A DNA stretch of 64,000 nucleotides, from the NCBI GenBank assembly GCA_963751515.1, contig CAVVUR010000004.1:47640-111639 (forward strand). The letters run 5' to 3'. This document shows positions 37,275 to 46,711 of the stretch, one piece after another; within the stretch, counting starts at the first letter, position 1; every line of letters begins with the position of its first letter. The DNA is from an uncultured delta proteobacterium. GTDB lineage: Bacteria > Desulfobacterota > WTBG01. Under the pieces are notes generated by a model. The model did not search any database. It saw only the letters and a program-made list of their open reading frames with translations, and was not told the DNA's origin. A program made the position numbers and the translations under genes.

Positions 37275-38473
37275 ATGAGAAACAGTAAAATTGTTTTATG
37301 GGTGCTAATACTTACTCTTTGTGTCCTTGTTTCTTGTTTAGCGCTACTCTTCAGAAGTCCCGGTTGTGGATCCGGCAGCGGGTTTACCACCGGCGAGAGA
37401 ACAATTGTGTCAGACGGCATTGAAAGGGTATACTATTTAAAGCTGCCGGAAAATTATAATTCACACACTTCTTACCCCCTGATTTTTGCCTTCCATGGAC
37501 TTGGCGGGGACTATACGAGGTGGACTGAAGGTTATTATAACCTGCAGGATGTGGTGGGTGACGGGGCCATATTAGTTTACCCCAATGCCCTTTTAAAAAA
37601 CGATCAGCCGCAGTGGGACTATGACACCGACCTGGTATTTTTCGATGACCTTTACGCGGAGCTCGAAGCGAGCCTCTGTTTTGATATAAGAAAAGTGTTC
37701 GCGGTGGGCCACAGCAATGGCGCGGGCATGGCCCATGCGCTTGGTTGTAAAGGGGGAACATATTGAGGGCTATTGGCCCTGTTGCCGGGGCGCTCACAGA
37801 TTATAATGATCTCATCGGACAGGTCGCGGTCATTCAGATACACGGGAGTAACGACACTATCATGCCTGTAGAGTCGATTAAGTCCACGCGCGACTACTGG
37901 ATAGCGATAAACGGCTGCACCAAAGGAGAAACGAAAGAGGGAATGGATCCTGATTGCAAGGCATATAGAGCCTGCGATCCCGGCTTCCCCGTGCAGTATT
38001 GTGAACATAGTGGAGGGCATGACTGGCCTGACTTTGCATCTGACGCCATCTGGAGCTTCTTTCAAAATCTCCCGCCGGTAACCCCCTCTGACCAAACCGG
38101 GAGCGGAGATACTGAGGACCTGGGTAAGGGCGCGATCAGTTTTAAAGTACGCTACCCATCAGATTTTACGGGGACTCCTTATAAAGTGGCATTAGCCCTC
38201 TACCCGTATGACAGCACCCAGCCCTTTGCCGGATCACCTTTATATTTATTGCAACTTGATATTCCGGTTGGAGATTACACCTTGGGTGAAGTCACAGAAT
38301 ATGACGATGTGGAGATAAACCTGTTGGGCGTGGAATATGGTGACTATACACTGGCGGTCGTGGTTTTTATTGAAGGCAGCAGCTATCCGCATGCCAAGCG
38401 ATGGAATAGATTATATAGGTTTGCAAAATTTTACGCTGGGAAGCAACACCCTTGTAGTTACAACACCTTTTGA
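37275..38473 (+). pseudogene. Secreted PHB-depolymerase-family (LpqC-like) esterase, interrupted by one frameshift in a G5 run
   Basis: MRNSKIVLWVLILTLCVLVSCLA..., ERVYYLKLPENYNSHTSYPLIFAFHGLGGDY and VFAVGHSNGAGMAHALGC (GxSxG). The frame changes at AAAGGGGGAAC (G run 37752-37756) and continues ...ILRAIGPVAGAL...IQIHGSNDTIMP... Confidence 0.7.
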
Positions 38474-38638
38474 ATTAGAATTGGTGGAGTGGTAATAAAA
38501 AAACCCAACACTACTGCATGCAGCCGTTTGCCCCTGGCGTAAAGCGCCTGCGCCAGAGTCAATATCTGGTCATGAAATATCTTATGTGGAAGAAGGAAGG
38601 GCATTATCAGTCGTGACCGAAGATAATTAAGAAGAAAT

Positions 38639-38723
38639 GGGGTCAGATCGCAATATGCAACAAATGCAATGTGCCGCCCTTAAGTAGAGCGGCACATTGC
38701 ATTTGAATGTCGAGACCGGACCC
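38639..38723. repeat. Nested palindromic intergenic repeat, copy 3, between convergent genes
   Basis: GGGGTCAGATCGCAATATGCAACAAATGCAATGTGCCGC-CCTTAAGTAGA-GCGGCACATTGCATTTGAATGTCGAGACCGGACCC. The inner 12-bp stem GCAATGTGCCGC/GCGGCACATTGC is perfect. The outer arms are homologous to copy 2. Confidence 0.65.
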
Positions 38724-38812
38724 GGCGGTTACGTATGATTTAAGGGCGTTCCTCTTTCACACGAGGCTATTCATGGGCACCAGAATTTTTAACAGTACGG
38801 TACGATACGCTC

Positions 38813-40681
38813 CTACTCTACCTGGATTTTCAGCTGGTCGAAGAGGGTTCCTTCCTGCATCTTCTCTTGCAGTGCCGCAGCCAGGGCTTTCACCTTAGGT
38901 CCTCCGCGCGAGGCAAACCTTTCAAGCAGGGCTTCGCAGGAGGCAAGCTTGGAATCGGAAAGAAACACCGTTTCACCATCCGCCAGGCATGCCGCCTCCG
39001 GCAGCAATTGCTTTACAACCCCCGCCGTCTGCAGTCGCAGTTCAGTATCGCTGAGGAGGAGCATGGCAATGTCCCACGACAGGCGATAGAGCATGCGCAC
39101 ACAGTCCCTTCCCTCCCCGCTCGCCATTAACACCTCATCTCTCAGTTTCCTCAAGAGCGGCACGGTGTCATCTCTGCCGGCCCCGAACATGCGCTCATAC
39201 ACTCCGGGCCATAACGCGCTCCAGCTGAAGCTCATCTCAACATCATTATCGCCCTCATCGGTCTCAGCTATCTCGTCCCGCACATCAACCGAGAAGAGCA
39301 GCGTGTGCTCACCTTCCGAAAAACTGTACTGCTCGTCCAGCCAGGCCCGGTATGACCTGCCATCAAGGTCCGCACCGATCTCAGCGGTATATGCCTCCGT
39401 TCCGTCGATGAAGAGAGATACGGCGAAGGATTCATTGAGGGACACATCGCTGTCGTTGCACACCGCGAAATCAATGTAGGTTCTGCGGGGAGCGGGATAA
39501 AGCACGTCTGATTCCGGATTGAAGTCACTGGTGCCCTGCTGGGATGAGGGCACGATGGGAAAGCTCCACCCGTAGGGTGCGCAGGGTATTAAATTCGGGC
39601 CGTCGGTTTGCGGGACGGTGGTGGTTGTGGTGCTCCCGGGGACGGTGGTGGTTGTGACGGGAATGCTGGTGGTTGTGGTAATGACAGGATCTCCATAGCT
39701 CAAATCGAGCGCTTCAAGACCGAACATGGTGAGAGAGTTGCCTGACGTCTGGTCATACCCGATCCTGAAAAAACCATCTTCACCCCACCCCTCCCCCCAG
39801 CTGTTCTTCACAATCCAGCAATTGTGAGAATCGTCGTAACCCACAATGCAGGCCAGATGGCCTCCTATGCTCTCCTGCCCCGATACCGGCTCATAAATGC
39901 CGCCGGCGTAATGCTTAAAATCATCATAGATAAACATGCCGCAGGGAACGGGCTTATTGACCAGCACCGCCTTAATCTGCTCGGGGCGGGGAAGATAGAA
40001 TCCCGCCTGGGGCGCGATATATGACCAGCTTGCTATTGTGTTCATGCGTGCTGCCGCGTCAGCGCATGCCCCTGCACAGGGAGGTTCAGTTCCCGTGTCC
40101 TGCCCGGCAGCATAAGGGAAACAGGTTTCATCCGGCACACCGGCACCCATGAGGAAATCAGCAATATAATCCGAATAATTGCCTATGCAACCGCCATAGG
40201 CGTAACCGTCCCGGGTACCCGCCGGCCCGCATGAAACAAGATACTGTTCCGAGAGATCAACCTCCGGAGCTGGATTTCCCGCGTCCAGCATGACCAGCGT
40301 TTCAAATGCCGCCAGCGTTGCGAAGGCAGTGCAGGCACCGCACTCGCCCTGGGTTTTTACCGCTGTTACCCAGTCTCCATTGTTGTTGCGCCAGTCAAAA
40401 GCGGCAGGCAGCTCATATATCACCTGGCTTTCGGGCTCTATGCTCAGCGGTTGGATTGTATCCTCTCTTACCAAGGGTGCAAAGCCGAGCATTTGTCTGA
40501 ATTGTTCCGTGGAAAGGTTAGAAAGCGAGGTTTCGGCTGCTTTCCATCCGGCACGGTTTTCAGCAAGCTTTTGCCGGAGCACCTCCAGTTTTATGGCGGA
40601 AGCCGGCTCCACCCAAAGCACCATGCTGAGCATGGTTATGAGGAAGGCGGCAATTTTATGAAGACCGGTTATTCGGGACAT
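38813..40681 (-). CDS. Secreted papain-family (C1A) cysteine peptidase with a Thr-rich linker, a middle domain and a C-terminal LR..RD..L-type extension
   Basis: The likely start is the ATG at 40681 (MSRITGLHKIAAFLITMLSMVLWVEPASA). Catalytic motifs are ...KTQGECGACTAFA... (Cys), ...GGHLACIVGYDD... (His) and ...WIVKNSWGEGWGEDGFFRI (Asn/Trp). The linker is TTTTSIPVTTTTVPGSTTTTTVP. The tail ...MFGAGRDDTVPLLRKLRDEVLMASGEGRDCVRMLYRLS... matches that of 20865-21893. Confidence 0.85.
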   Translation of the reverse strand: MSRITGLHKIAAFLITMLSMVLWVEPASAIKLEVLRQKLAENRAGWKAAETSLSNLSTEQFRQMLGFAPLVREDTIQPLSIEPESQVIYELPAAFDWRNNNGDWVTAVKTQGECGACTAFATLAAFETLVMLDAGNPAPEVDLSEQYLVSCGPAGTRDGYAYGGCIGNYSDYIADFLMGAGVPDETCFPYAAGQDTGTEPPCAGACADAAARMNTIASWSYIAPQAGFYLPRPEQIKAVLVNKPVPCGMFIYDDFKHYAGGIYEPVSGQESIGGHLACIVGYDDSHNCWIVKNSWGEGWGEDGFFRIGYDQTSGNSLTMFGLEALDLSYGDPVITTTTSIPVTTTTVPGSTTTTTVPQTDGPNLIPCAPYGWSFPIVPSSQQGTSDFNPESDVLYPAPRRTYIDFAVCNDSDVSLNESFAVSLFIDGTEAYTAEIGADLDGRSYRAWLDEQYSFSEGEHTLLFSVDVRDEIAETDEGDNDVEMSFSWSALWPGVYERMFGAGRDDTVPLLRKLRDEVLMASGEGRDCVRMLYRLSWDIAMLLLSDTELRLQTAGVVKQLLPEAACLADGETVFLSDSKLASCEALLERFASRGGPKVKALAAALQEKMQEGTLFDQLKIQVE

Positions 40682-41037
40682 GAATGATCCTTGAGCACGA
40701 ACGCTGTGATCCATAGCGAGCTGTATTTGACGACCGGCTAGAAACGGGTGCGTGTCTCATGCATACTGCATGTATTTCTATCGATACAGTGCGCCAAAAA
40801 CTTTAGAGCAATCAAACAGTTCCTCGCTTTTGGGTTTGACATTAACCCGCATTCACGATAAGTAATAGCAGCGGTGAGAAAGACTTTTTATAAAAAATTG
40901 AGAGCAGCACAATCAATCATTCCGCATTGAGGTAAGGAGCGCCCTGCATGACATTCCCTTTGGTTACGCTCATCGGCAACCGGAACAGCATCAATAAACG
41001 TTTTAACCCCTTGCAATCCCGCCTTGCAGGATGGCAC

Positions 41038-41805
41038 ATGAAGCCATCGCTGCTGCTCATCCCCTGCTGCATGGTGCTTTTTTTAATTACCCCCTGCTGG
41101 TCCCAGAACTTTAAGCCGGTCAGGGTCGGCGATCCCTTCAAGCCCTTCACGCTCAAGAGCAATCTCAGCAAAGAGGACCGCAAGGCGCTCAAGCTGCCGG
41201 AGCAGGAAACCATCTCCCTTAAGGATTTTAAGGCGGAGATCATGATCATTGAGATGCTCAACGTGCACTGTCACACCTGCCAGCTGCAGATGCCGGTTTT
41301 TAACCGGCTGGCGGAAGCCATACAGTCTGACGATTTTCTTAAGTCGAGGGTTGCAATGCTGGGCATCACCGTGGGCAACAATGCGGAGGAAATAGCCGCC
41401 TTTCAAACGGACTTTCAGCCCCGCTACCCTATTCTCCCGGACCCCCTCAAAGAGGTCTATAACAACCTGAGCGATCCCAAGGGCACCCCGCAAACCTACA
41501 TCATCAGGAGAGACTCGGGGGAAAACTGGTTCATTCTCTATCACCACCGGGGGGCGGTTGACACTCACGAAATGTATCTGCAGAAGGTTAGAGAATTCTT
41601 CAAGACCAGCCTGGAAGGAATTGAGCCCGGCTACCGCATCCCCAGGGCTTTACTGCAGGAGCTGCAAAAAATGTATCCTGCCCAATCCTTTGCAGCGAAA
41701 CAGCATGCTTCTTTACTTTCCCGCTGCAGTTACCTTCCCGCTGGAAACGGACAGCAGAAACAGGAAAAATCAGATGCCGGTTCTGCTTTCACTCCTCGGC
41801 AATGA
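41038..41805 (+). CDS. Exported thioredoxin-fold thiol:disulfide oxidoreductase (TlpA/ResA-like)
   Basis: The likely start is the ATG at 41038 (MKPSLLLIPCCMVLFLITPCWS). The CxxC motif is in ...IMIIEMLNVHCHTCQLQMPVF. ...PILPDP...GTPQTYIIR is typical of redoxins. The 3' end overlaps the next ORF and may be affected by an indel. Confidence 0.6.
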   Translation: MKPSLLLIPCCMVLFLITPCWSQNFKPVRVGDPFKPFTLKSNLSKEDRKALKLPEQETISLKDFKAEIMIIEMLNVHCHTCQLQMPVFNRLAEAIQSDDFLKSRVAMLGITVGNNAEEIAAFQTDFQPRYPILPDPLKEVYNNLSDPKGTPQTYIIRRDSGENWFILYHHRGAVDTHEMYLQKVREFFKTSLEGIEPGYRIPRALLQELQKMYPAQSFAAKQHASLLSRCSYLPAGNGQQKQEKSDAGSAFTPRQ

Positions 41806-42811
41806 TAAGCTGGCCCTGGTCATTGCAGGTGAGCTGAAGCGGCTCTTCCCCTCCCAGGAGCTTGACGCGCTCGCCTCCACACCCGGCGTCTTCCTGCTGG
41901 AGGATGAGGGCGCCGCGCTCACCAAGCTTTTCAAGGTTGCCGACAACCCGCTCATCTGCCTTGCGAATGACTCCGGGGGGATAGTCTACCGTGCCGGCTC
42001 CCTGACATCCGCCCAGGCCGCTGAAGTGCTGGAGGGAACGATCCCCGCCCTCAAGCCCATGCTGAAAGAAGAGGATCTGATGGCCTTAATGCAGGAATCA
42101 ATGAAGGAGATCAACCCGGACCTCGGGTGGGTTGAAAAAAAGGAGCTGGCCGGCGGGGCGGCGGTCTACGTCGGATTCACCCCCCTGTCAGCGCGCGCGG
42201 ACGAAGGGGTGCTCTTCGGCAGGGTGGTGAGCAAGTACAGCATATGCGATGTCTGTCATGATATTCATTTTTACTTTATTTTCGATGGGAGCGGGCAGCT
42301 GATTTCCTTCAAGCCCATCAAGCTGACCAAGTACGGCAACGTGGACTTCAACCAGGAGGACATCGACAAGCTGCAGGGGCACCTCGGCGGAAAGGATCTC
42401 TTCAAGGTCATACCCTTTGATCCCGCGGTTGACGCCATCTCGCGAGGCACCATGAGCACGTATCTTGTATTTGAGGGCATTAATGATACCCGGACGACAT
42501 TAAATGATTTCAAAGGAAACGGTTTCAGGAAAGAGGTCTGGAAGGAGGAGTGCCACGCGCATCTCTGTCAGCTGCAGAAGGCCATCCGGCTCTTCAAACA
42601 AAGCGGGGCATCGGGAACGCTTACCCTGGAGGATCAAACGTCGCTCAACACGGCACTGATCAAGCCGTACCTTCTCTCCCCGAAGGCCGCTACATGCCCT
42701 ACCGGGGGCAAGTATCTGCTTATCGGTGAATCACCTCTGTGCTCCAGCCACGGCATGAATCTTCAGCCCTGCCCCGAAGATGCGGGAGAGGCGGCAGCAG
42801 GCCAACTTTAA
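41774..42811 (+). CDS. Hypothetical protein
   Basis: The start is chosen at MPVLLSLLGNDK (ATG 41774) within listed ORF 41558-42811. I recognise no family motif. The gene is co-directional with, and overlaps, the upstream redoxin gene. Confidence 0.45.
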   Translation: MPVLLSLLGNDKLALVIAGELKRLFPSQELDALASTPGVFLLEDEGAALTKLFKVADNPLICLANDSGGIVYRAGSLTSAQAAEVLEGTIPALKPMLKEEDLMALMQESMKEINPDLGWVEKKELAGGAAVYVGFTPLSARADEGVLFGRVVSKYSICDVCHDIHFYFIFDGSGQLISFKPIKLTKYGNVDFNQEDIDKLQGHLGGKDLFKVIPFDPAVDAISRGTMSTYLVFEGINDTRTTLNDFKGNGFRKEVWKEECHAHLCQLQKAIRLFKQSGASGTLTLEDQTSLNTALIKPYLLSPKAATCPTGGKYLLIGESPLCSSHGMNLQPCPEDAGEAAAGQL

Positions 42812-42820
42812 GGAGATCAT

Positions 42821-43688
42821 ATGTCCTCCATTAAAATAGGCGTCATCGGGGGCACGGGACTGTATGCCATGGAGGGTCTTGGAAAGACCGAAAGCATAAG
42901 TCTTGAGACCCCTTTCGGGAAGCCTTCCGACAGCTACCTGGTGGGCGAATTGAACGGCGCAGCGGTGGCTTTTCTCCCGCGGCACGGCAGGGGACACAGG
43001 ATCCTGCCCCATGAGCTGAATTTCCGGGCCAACATCTACGGGTTCAAGCAGCTGGGGGTGGAATCCATCATATCCGTCAGCGCGGTGGGAAGCATGAAAG
43101 AGGAGATCAAACCGCTGCACATGGTGCTGCCGGACCAGTTTTTTGACCGGACGCGCAGGCGGATCGGCACCTTTTTCGGAGAAGGCATTGCGGCCCACGT
43201 GGGCTTTTCTGACCCCATATGCCCGCACCTGCGGGAGATGCTGCACACCAGGATCAAGGCGCTGGGCTTCCCCGTTCACAGCGGGGGAACCTACATCTGC
43301 ATAGACGGACCGCAGTTTTCCACCAGGGCGGAGTCCCTCATCTATCGCAGCTGGAACGTGGATGTCATCGGCATGACCAACCTGCAGGAGGCAAAGCTGG
43401 CCCGGGAGGCGGAGATTGCTACGCCACCATCGCGCTGGTCACGGACTACGATTGCTGGCGGGAGGGCGACGATAGCTAAGCATAGAAATGATCATTGAGA
43501 ACCTCGATAAAAACACGCTTAATGTCCAGAAGGTCATCCGGGAGGCAGTGCCTGAAATAGCGGCGGGCAGGCGAAGCTGCGCCTGCTCTCAGGCACTCCG
43601 CAACGCCATCATTACCCGGGAGGACTTGATACCCCCGCAGATAAAAAACGATCTCCGGATTATTATCGGCAAATACCTGAAGGGCTGA
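42821..43688 (+). pseudogene. mtnP: S-methyl-5'-thioadenosine phosphorylase (MTAP), interrupted by two closely spaced frameshifts
   Basis: The first frame gives [15 protein letters not shown]...FLPRHGRGH...SAVGS...[39 protein letters not shown]. After a shift near 43417 the next frame gives [19 protein letters not shown] (within ORF 43219-43479). A second shift near 43470-43485 leads into ...[23 protein letters not shown]...C.CSQALRNAIIT (ORF 43488-43688). Confidence 0.8.
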
Positions 43689-43712
43689 GTCGCAGGATTG
43701 AGGGGCCGGGTA

Positions 43713-44874
43713 ATGATCAGCAGCGGGTTTTCCTATTTGGCCGTCATCGTGTTTTTTGCCGGCGCTGTCGCCTGGGCTGAAAAGAGGACTGTCGCCCGCC
43801 TTCTTCAAATACCTCCCCGCGATTGTCATCATCTACCTCGGTACCATGCTGCTGCCTGCCACCGCTTCCCTCTGGGGAAAGACCGGAGAGATCATCGCCT
43901 GTTACGGGGCGGCCAAAACGCACCTCCTGCCGATCATGATATTTCTGATGCTGCTTCGCTGCGATCTGCGACACATCCTGCGTCTGGCCCGAGAATGCTG
44001 CTGGGATTTTTCACGGCATCGCTCAGCATCGTGATCGGCTTTGTCACCGTGTACGCGGCCTTTAAGCAGCTGTATGAACCGGACACCTGGAAGTCATTCG
44101 CGGCGCTTTCCGGCAGTTGGATCGGCGGCACGGGCAACATGGTGGCCGTCCAGGAGGCGCTTGGCGTTCCCGCCTCCGGAATGGGATACGTGCTGCTGAT
44201 GGACTCCGTCAATTACTCGGTGTGGGTGATGCTGTTGCTGGCGCTCACGCCTCTCGCGCCTTTATTTAATGGCTGGACCGGATCGGATACGAGCCTTCTG
44301 CACCGGATCGGCATGCGGCTTAAAAGGAACCAAGAGAAGGCGGCCGCCTCCGTGAAAGCGGCCGACCTGATACTCCTCCTGGGAACAGGTTTGCTGGTCT
44401 CGGCGCTGTGCATGTACCTGGCGGGGAAAATGCCCGCCACCGGTTTTATCACCGTGCCGGCCTGGACGGTGATCATGGTGACGCTGGCCGGCATTGCGGG
44501 CGCCATGACCCCCCTCGCGCGCATCGAAGGGTCATCGCAGCTTTCCTCGGTCGCGCTTTATATCCTGATCGGCCTTATCGGCTCAATGGCAGATTTCACC
44601 GGGCTTGCCCGCGCCCCCTCATATCATGTCAGGGTTTTTAATCATCGCGGTTCACGCCGCAATCATGATCCTCGCGGCAAAGCTTTTCAAGCTCGATCTC
44701 TTTACCTGCGCGGTGGCCAGCGTAGCCAATATCGGGGGAGTCGCTTCCGCCCCCATCCTGGCCGCTTCCTACAGCGAGGCACTGGTTCCCGTCGGGGTCT
44801 TAATGGCCCTGATGAGCTACATCATCGGAACCGGCGGGGGATTGCTGGTGGGGAAATTCCTTTCCCTGCTTTAG
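43713..44874 (+). pseudogene. DUF819 (YjcL-like) integral membrane protein, interrupted by three frameshifts
   Basis: Sensible hydrophobic sequence switches frame at about 43780 (A4 run), about 43985, and 44614-44618 (C5 run). The pieces read MISSGFSYLAVIVFFAGAVAWAEKR, then GLSPAFFKYLPAIVIIYLG...LLPIMIFLMLLRCDLRHILRLA, then RMLLGFFTASLSIVIGF...SGSWIGGTGNMVAV..., then IMSGFLIIAVH...CAVASVANIGGVASAPILAASY...GTGGGLLVGKFLSLL. The single 395-aa ORF listed at 43698 has an Arg/Gly-rich out-of-frame tail. Confidence 0.65.
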
Positions 44875-44930
44875 CAGGCTGTTGAAAAAAACCCGTCTGA
44901 TTTGTGGCTCAAGGGGGAGGGGCTTTTGAG
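44871..44930 (+). repeat. ~60-bp repeat, copy A, starting at the stop codon of the DUF819 gene; contains an intrinsic-terminator-like hairpin
   Basis: TTAGCAGGCTGTTGAAAAAAACCCGTCTGATTTGTGGCTCAAGGGGGAGGGGCTTTTGAG. Within it, GCTCAAGGG-GGAGGGG-CTTTTGAGC is followed by TTTTT. It is about 92% identical to the reverse complement of 47781-47840. Confidence 0.8.
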
Positions 44931-44990
44931 CTTTTTAAACAGCCTGAGGAATACCACTTTTCAACAACCTGTTCGAACGGCCGACCCACC

Positions 44991-46070
44991 ATGAAAATCA
45001 CTAACATCACACTGGGTCATCTATCCATACCCCTGCGCACACCATTCAAGACCTCCGTGCGGACCGCCACCCGCATTGAAGATGTGCTGGTAACAATTGT
45101 CACCGATCAGGGTGCCGTCGGTTACGGCAGCGCTGCGCTCGTGCCTGCCATTACCGGCGACACCGAGGTCAGCATCAGGACGGCGATCGAAGGGCCGATC
45201 AGGAAACTTCTGATTGGTAGTGCCGTTGAAAATTTTGAAGAACTGATGGCGCGGCTTCACACGCTGGCGGGCGTCAATAACGGTGCCAGGGCGGCAGTGG
45301 ATATCGCACTCCATGATCTTAACGGCCGGCTGCAGGCTTTGCCGGTTTATAAACTCCTGAAGGGAGACAGAAAGGAACTCACCACCGACATCACCATCAG
45401 CCTTAATGATCCCGAGGCAATGGCAATCGACTGCCTGGATGCGGTGCGCAGGGGTTTCAAAACGGTCAAGGTTAAAGTGGGAAATCATCCTGCAACGGAC
45501 ATGGAGCGGCTCAGGGCCATCCGCGGGGCGGTGGGTGACGCCGTCAGTCTTCGCCTGGATGCCAACCAGGGCTGGTCTCCCGAAGAAGCGGTGGCTATCA
45601 TGGAAAAGATGGAGGACGAGGGCATCGCGGTCGAGCTGGTGGAGCAGCCGGTGAAAGCGGGCGATCTCGAGGGGCTGAAGTTTGTGACCGACCGGGTTGA
45701 TGTCCCGGTTGTGGCCGATGAAAGCGCCTTTTCCCCCCGGGACGTTTCCGACATTATCCGCATGCGCGCCGCGGACATGATTAACATAAAGCTCATGAAG
45801 GCCGGCGGCTTGTACCCTGCCCTGAAAATGTGTGAGCTGGCGCACAGTGCCGGGATGGAATGCATGATCGGGTGCATGATGGAGAGCAGGATAAGCGTCA
45901 CCGCCGCGGCACATCTGGCCGGCGCGAGGGGCGTCATCACCAAAATCGATCTTGATCCGCCGCTCCTGTGCAGCGAGGACCCCGTCGAGGGCGGCGCCCG
46001 ATATGACAATGAACGCATTACCCTTCCGGACGATCCCGGATTCGGGATTATAAGCGTGAAGGAGTCCTGA
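44991..46070 (+). CDS. Dipeptide epimerase (L-Ala-D/L-Glu epimerase-like, enolase superfamily MLE subgroup)
   Basis: The start is at ATG 44991 (MKITNITLGHLSIPLRTPF). Catalytic/metal motifs are KTVKVKVG (KxK), LRLDANQGW, ELVEQP, VVADES and NIKLMKAGG. Confidence 0.85.
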   Translation: MKITNITLGHLSIPLRTPFKTSVRTATRIEDVLVTIVTDQGAVGYGSAALVPAITGDTEVSIRTAIEGPIRKLLIGSAVENFEELMARLHTLAGVNNGARAAVDIALHDLNGRLQALPVYKLLKGDRKELTTDITISLNDPEAMAIDCLDAVRRGFKTVKVKVGNHPATDMERLRAIRGAVGDAVSLRLDANQGWSPEEAVAIMEKMEDEGIAVELVEQPVKAGDLEGLKFVTDRVDVPVVADESAFSPRDVSDIIRMRAADMINIKLMKAGGLYPALKMCELAHSAGMECMIGCMMESRISVTAAAHLAGARGVITKIDLDPPLLCSEDPVEGGARYDNERITLPDDPGFGIISVKES

Positions 46071-46101
46071 CTCCGCGTGAATGACATTGTAAAAACTTGT
46101 A

Positions 46102-46123
46102 GGGGCGACCGGTTGGTCGCCCC
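46102..46123 (+). terminator. Perfect 9-bp GC-rich hairpin after the epimerase gene (no U-tract)
   Basis: GGGGCGACC-GGTT-GGTCGCCCC lies 32 nt after the stop. The absence of a T-run lowers confidence. Confidence 0.35.
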
Positions 46124-46394
46124 TGCACATTACACAACAGTGAAAAGGAGCATATACCACAGCACATAAATGCAGAGGGAGTGGCAGCCACACACCACTC
46201 CCTCTGCAGGAGGAGTAAGAATGAGATATTGTACGTTACAATGAAACCACAGAAGCGGGACTATTGCAATAAGCAGAACCCTGATTTTTAACTTCCAAAA
46301 ACCTGATTTTTGGGTTCTGTTTTCTTTATCCTTTTATCATGCCTCTTTTTGTGATATAGGCTTTGAATGGGCGGCAGGTTGGGGAGGTGCGGAA

Positions 46395-46667
46395 TTGTAC
46401 GAAGACAGGCCTAAAAGTGTTATCATTGGAATACTTGCGGCTATTTTTTTTCAGCCCTTCGGCTTGTTTTATTCCTCGCTATGGGGCGGTATTGTCATGA
46501 CCCTGCTTTTAGTGACCGGGTATGTTGTCTACTACCTCATCGGGCAATCACCCTATTCTTTTATGTTTTTCTGGATTCAACCCCCTGTCAACATCATCTG
46601 GTCAATCATAGCAGTCTCCCGGCACAATAAAAAAATAATGAAAGAGATACAGGGAATGTTCTTTTAA
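46395..46667 (+). CDS. Small membrane protein (2-3 TM segments), hypothetical
   Basis: 90-aa ORF with a TTG start 8 nt after GGAGG. It has hydrophobic segments IIGILAAIFFQPFGLFY, GGIVMTLLLVTGYVVYYLI and FMFFWIQPPVNIIWSIIAV. Confidence 0.5.
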   Translation: MYEDRPKSVIIGILAAIFFQPFGLFYSSLWGGIVMTLLLVTGYVVYYLIGQSPYSFMFFWIQPPVNIIWSIIAVSRHNKKIMKEIQGMFF

Positions 46668-46711
46668 AGGGAAACTACCGGAAGCAGAGGCGGTTCAGCA
46701 GCGGCACACGA

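Noticed and set aside
43698-44885. The 395-aa ORF as a single intact gene.
   Set aside because: Its N-terminal portion after about aa 25 and its last roughly 90 aa are out of frame (Arg/Gly/His-rich). The membrane-protein-like sequence continues in other frames (ORFs 43756-44034 and 44605-44874). I treated it as a frameshifted DUF819 gene.
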